Positions 63,804-64,000 of a stretch of DNA of 64,000 nucleotides are shown here, one piece after another. Below the pieces are notes generated by a model, which did not search any database, was not told the origin of the DNA, and saw nothing but the letters and a program-made list of their open reading frames with translations. The translations under genes and the position numbers were made by a program. Source of the stretch: Thermoanaerobaculia bacterium (lineage in GTDB: Bacteria > Acidobacteriota > Thermoanaerobaculia > JALWYX01); the NCBI GenBank assembly GCA_027078415.1, contig JALWYX010000012.1, positions 13,161 to 77,160 of the forward strand, given 5' to 3'. Position 1 is the stretch's first letter, and every line of letters starts with the position of its first letter.

Positions 63804-64000
63804 TAGAGTTCACCGTTGCTTCTTTTTTTGATAAACGCTTTGTATAACGTTCCTCCCGCTACAAAACCTCCTATATGAGCCCAAAAAGCTATACCACTTA
63901 TATGTTGAACAAGGGGTGTTATTTTTATAAGGATTCCTCCAAATAGTTGTGCTCCGAACCATCCTAGTATATACACGCTCGCTGGCAATTCTATAAATAG
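63770..64000 (-). CDS. rhomboid-family intramembrane protease, C-terminal part only (gene runs off window end)
   Basis: AFWAHIGGFVAGG catalytic-His motif; ORF open to the window edge. Confidence 0.4.
   Translation of the reverse strand, partial: LFIELPASVYILGWFGAQLFGGILIKITPLVQHISGIAFWAHIGGFVAGGTLYKAFIKKRSNGELYYSDEYLRKWI

Overview
This 64 kb window is almost entirely a core bacterial chromosome segment. It is AT-rich with compact operons and GC-rich tRNAs, which suggests a thermophile.

**Transport and respiration (left end).** After a possibly 5'-truncated TPR membrane protein and an RDD-family protein, a minus-strand operon encodes an NSS (SLC6-like) Na+-dependent transporter plus two small membrane proteins. 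A roughly 950 bp ORF-free AT-rich spacer follows. Then comes an F-type ATP synthase operon carrying only the b-prime, b, delta, alpha, gamma, beta and epsilon genes, with no a or c subunit genes in the window.

**Orphan genes and tRNA cluster.** Downstream sit three orphan secreted or low-complexity genes. One is an unusual Cys-free Gly/Lys-rich protein with its own RBS and a perfect 16-bp terminator hairpin. A minus-strand tRNA cluster follows: Pro-UGG, Arg-UCU, His-GUG with an encoded G-1, and Arg-CCG.

**Metabolic and regulatory genes on the minus strand.** These include ETF-ubiquinone oxidoreductase, a hexapeptide-repeat protein, an NAD-dependent sugar epimerase, a DUF4388/PATAN protein, dcd, glpX and an acyl-CoA dehydrogenase.

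**Partner-switching and pyrimidine genes.** Usp, an RsbW-like kinase and a STAS antagonist lie on the plus strand. A GAF-PP2C phosphatase is appended to a minus-strand pyrR-pyrB-pyrC operon that also begins with an AI-2E transporter.

**Biosynthesis and the tuf region.** The plus strand carries an orphan secreted protein, a serine-biosynthesis pair (class-V aminotransferase and serA), ddl and a DUF885 protein. The classical tRNA-Thr/Tyr/Gly/Thr-tuf arrangement follows, then tRNA-Trp (its 5' end overlaps the tuf stop codon), secE, nusG, rplK, rplA, rplJ, rplL, an attenuator hairpin, rpoB and rpoC. rpoB carries a roughly 60-aa insertion with four CxxC pairs near its N-terminus.

**Right end.** Genes here are a convergent TonB-dependent receptor, tRNA-Met(CAU), a COG1579 zinc-ribbon protein, YggS, and SAM decarboxylase (speH) preceded by a GC-rich, possibly structured leader. 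Class I aldolase FbaB, a Taq-like DNA polymerase I and uppP follow.

**Most system-like finding.** The last non-housekeeping cluster contains a degenerate GHKL (kinase-like) ATPase domain protein, a pseudo-receiver plus DUF4388/PATAN protein, a ParA/MinD-type ATPase and two Roadblock/LC7 (MglB-like) proteins. This is a candidate polarity/positioning or NTPase-regulation module that lacks the usual Ras-like GTPase.

After it come a HAD hydrolase, lgt, thiD and a truncated rhomboid gene. No CRISPR array, transposase or integrase was seen.
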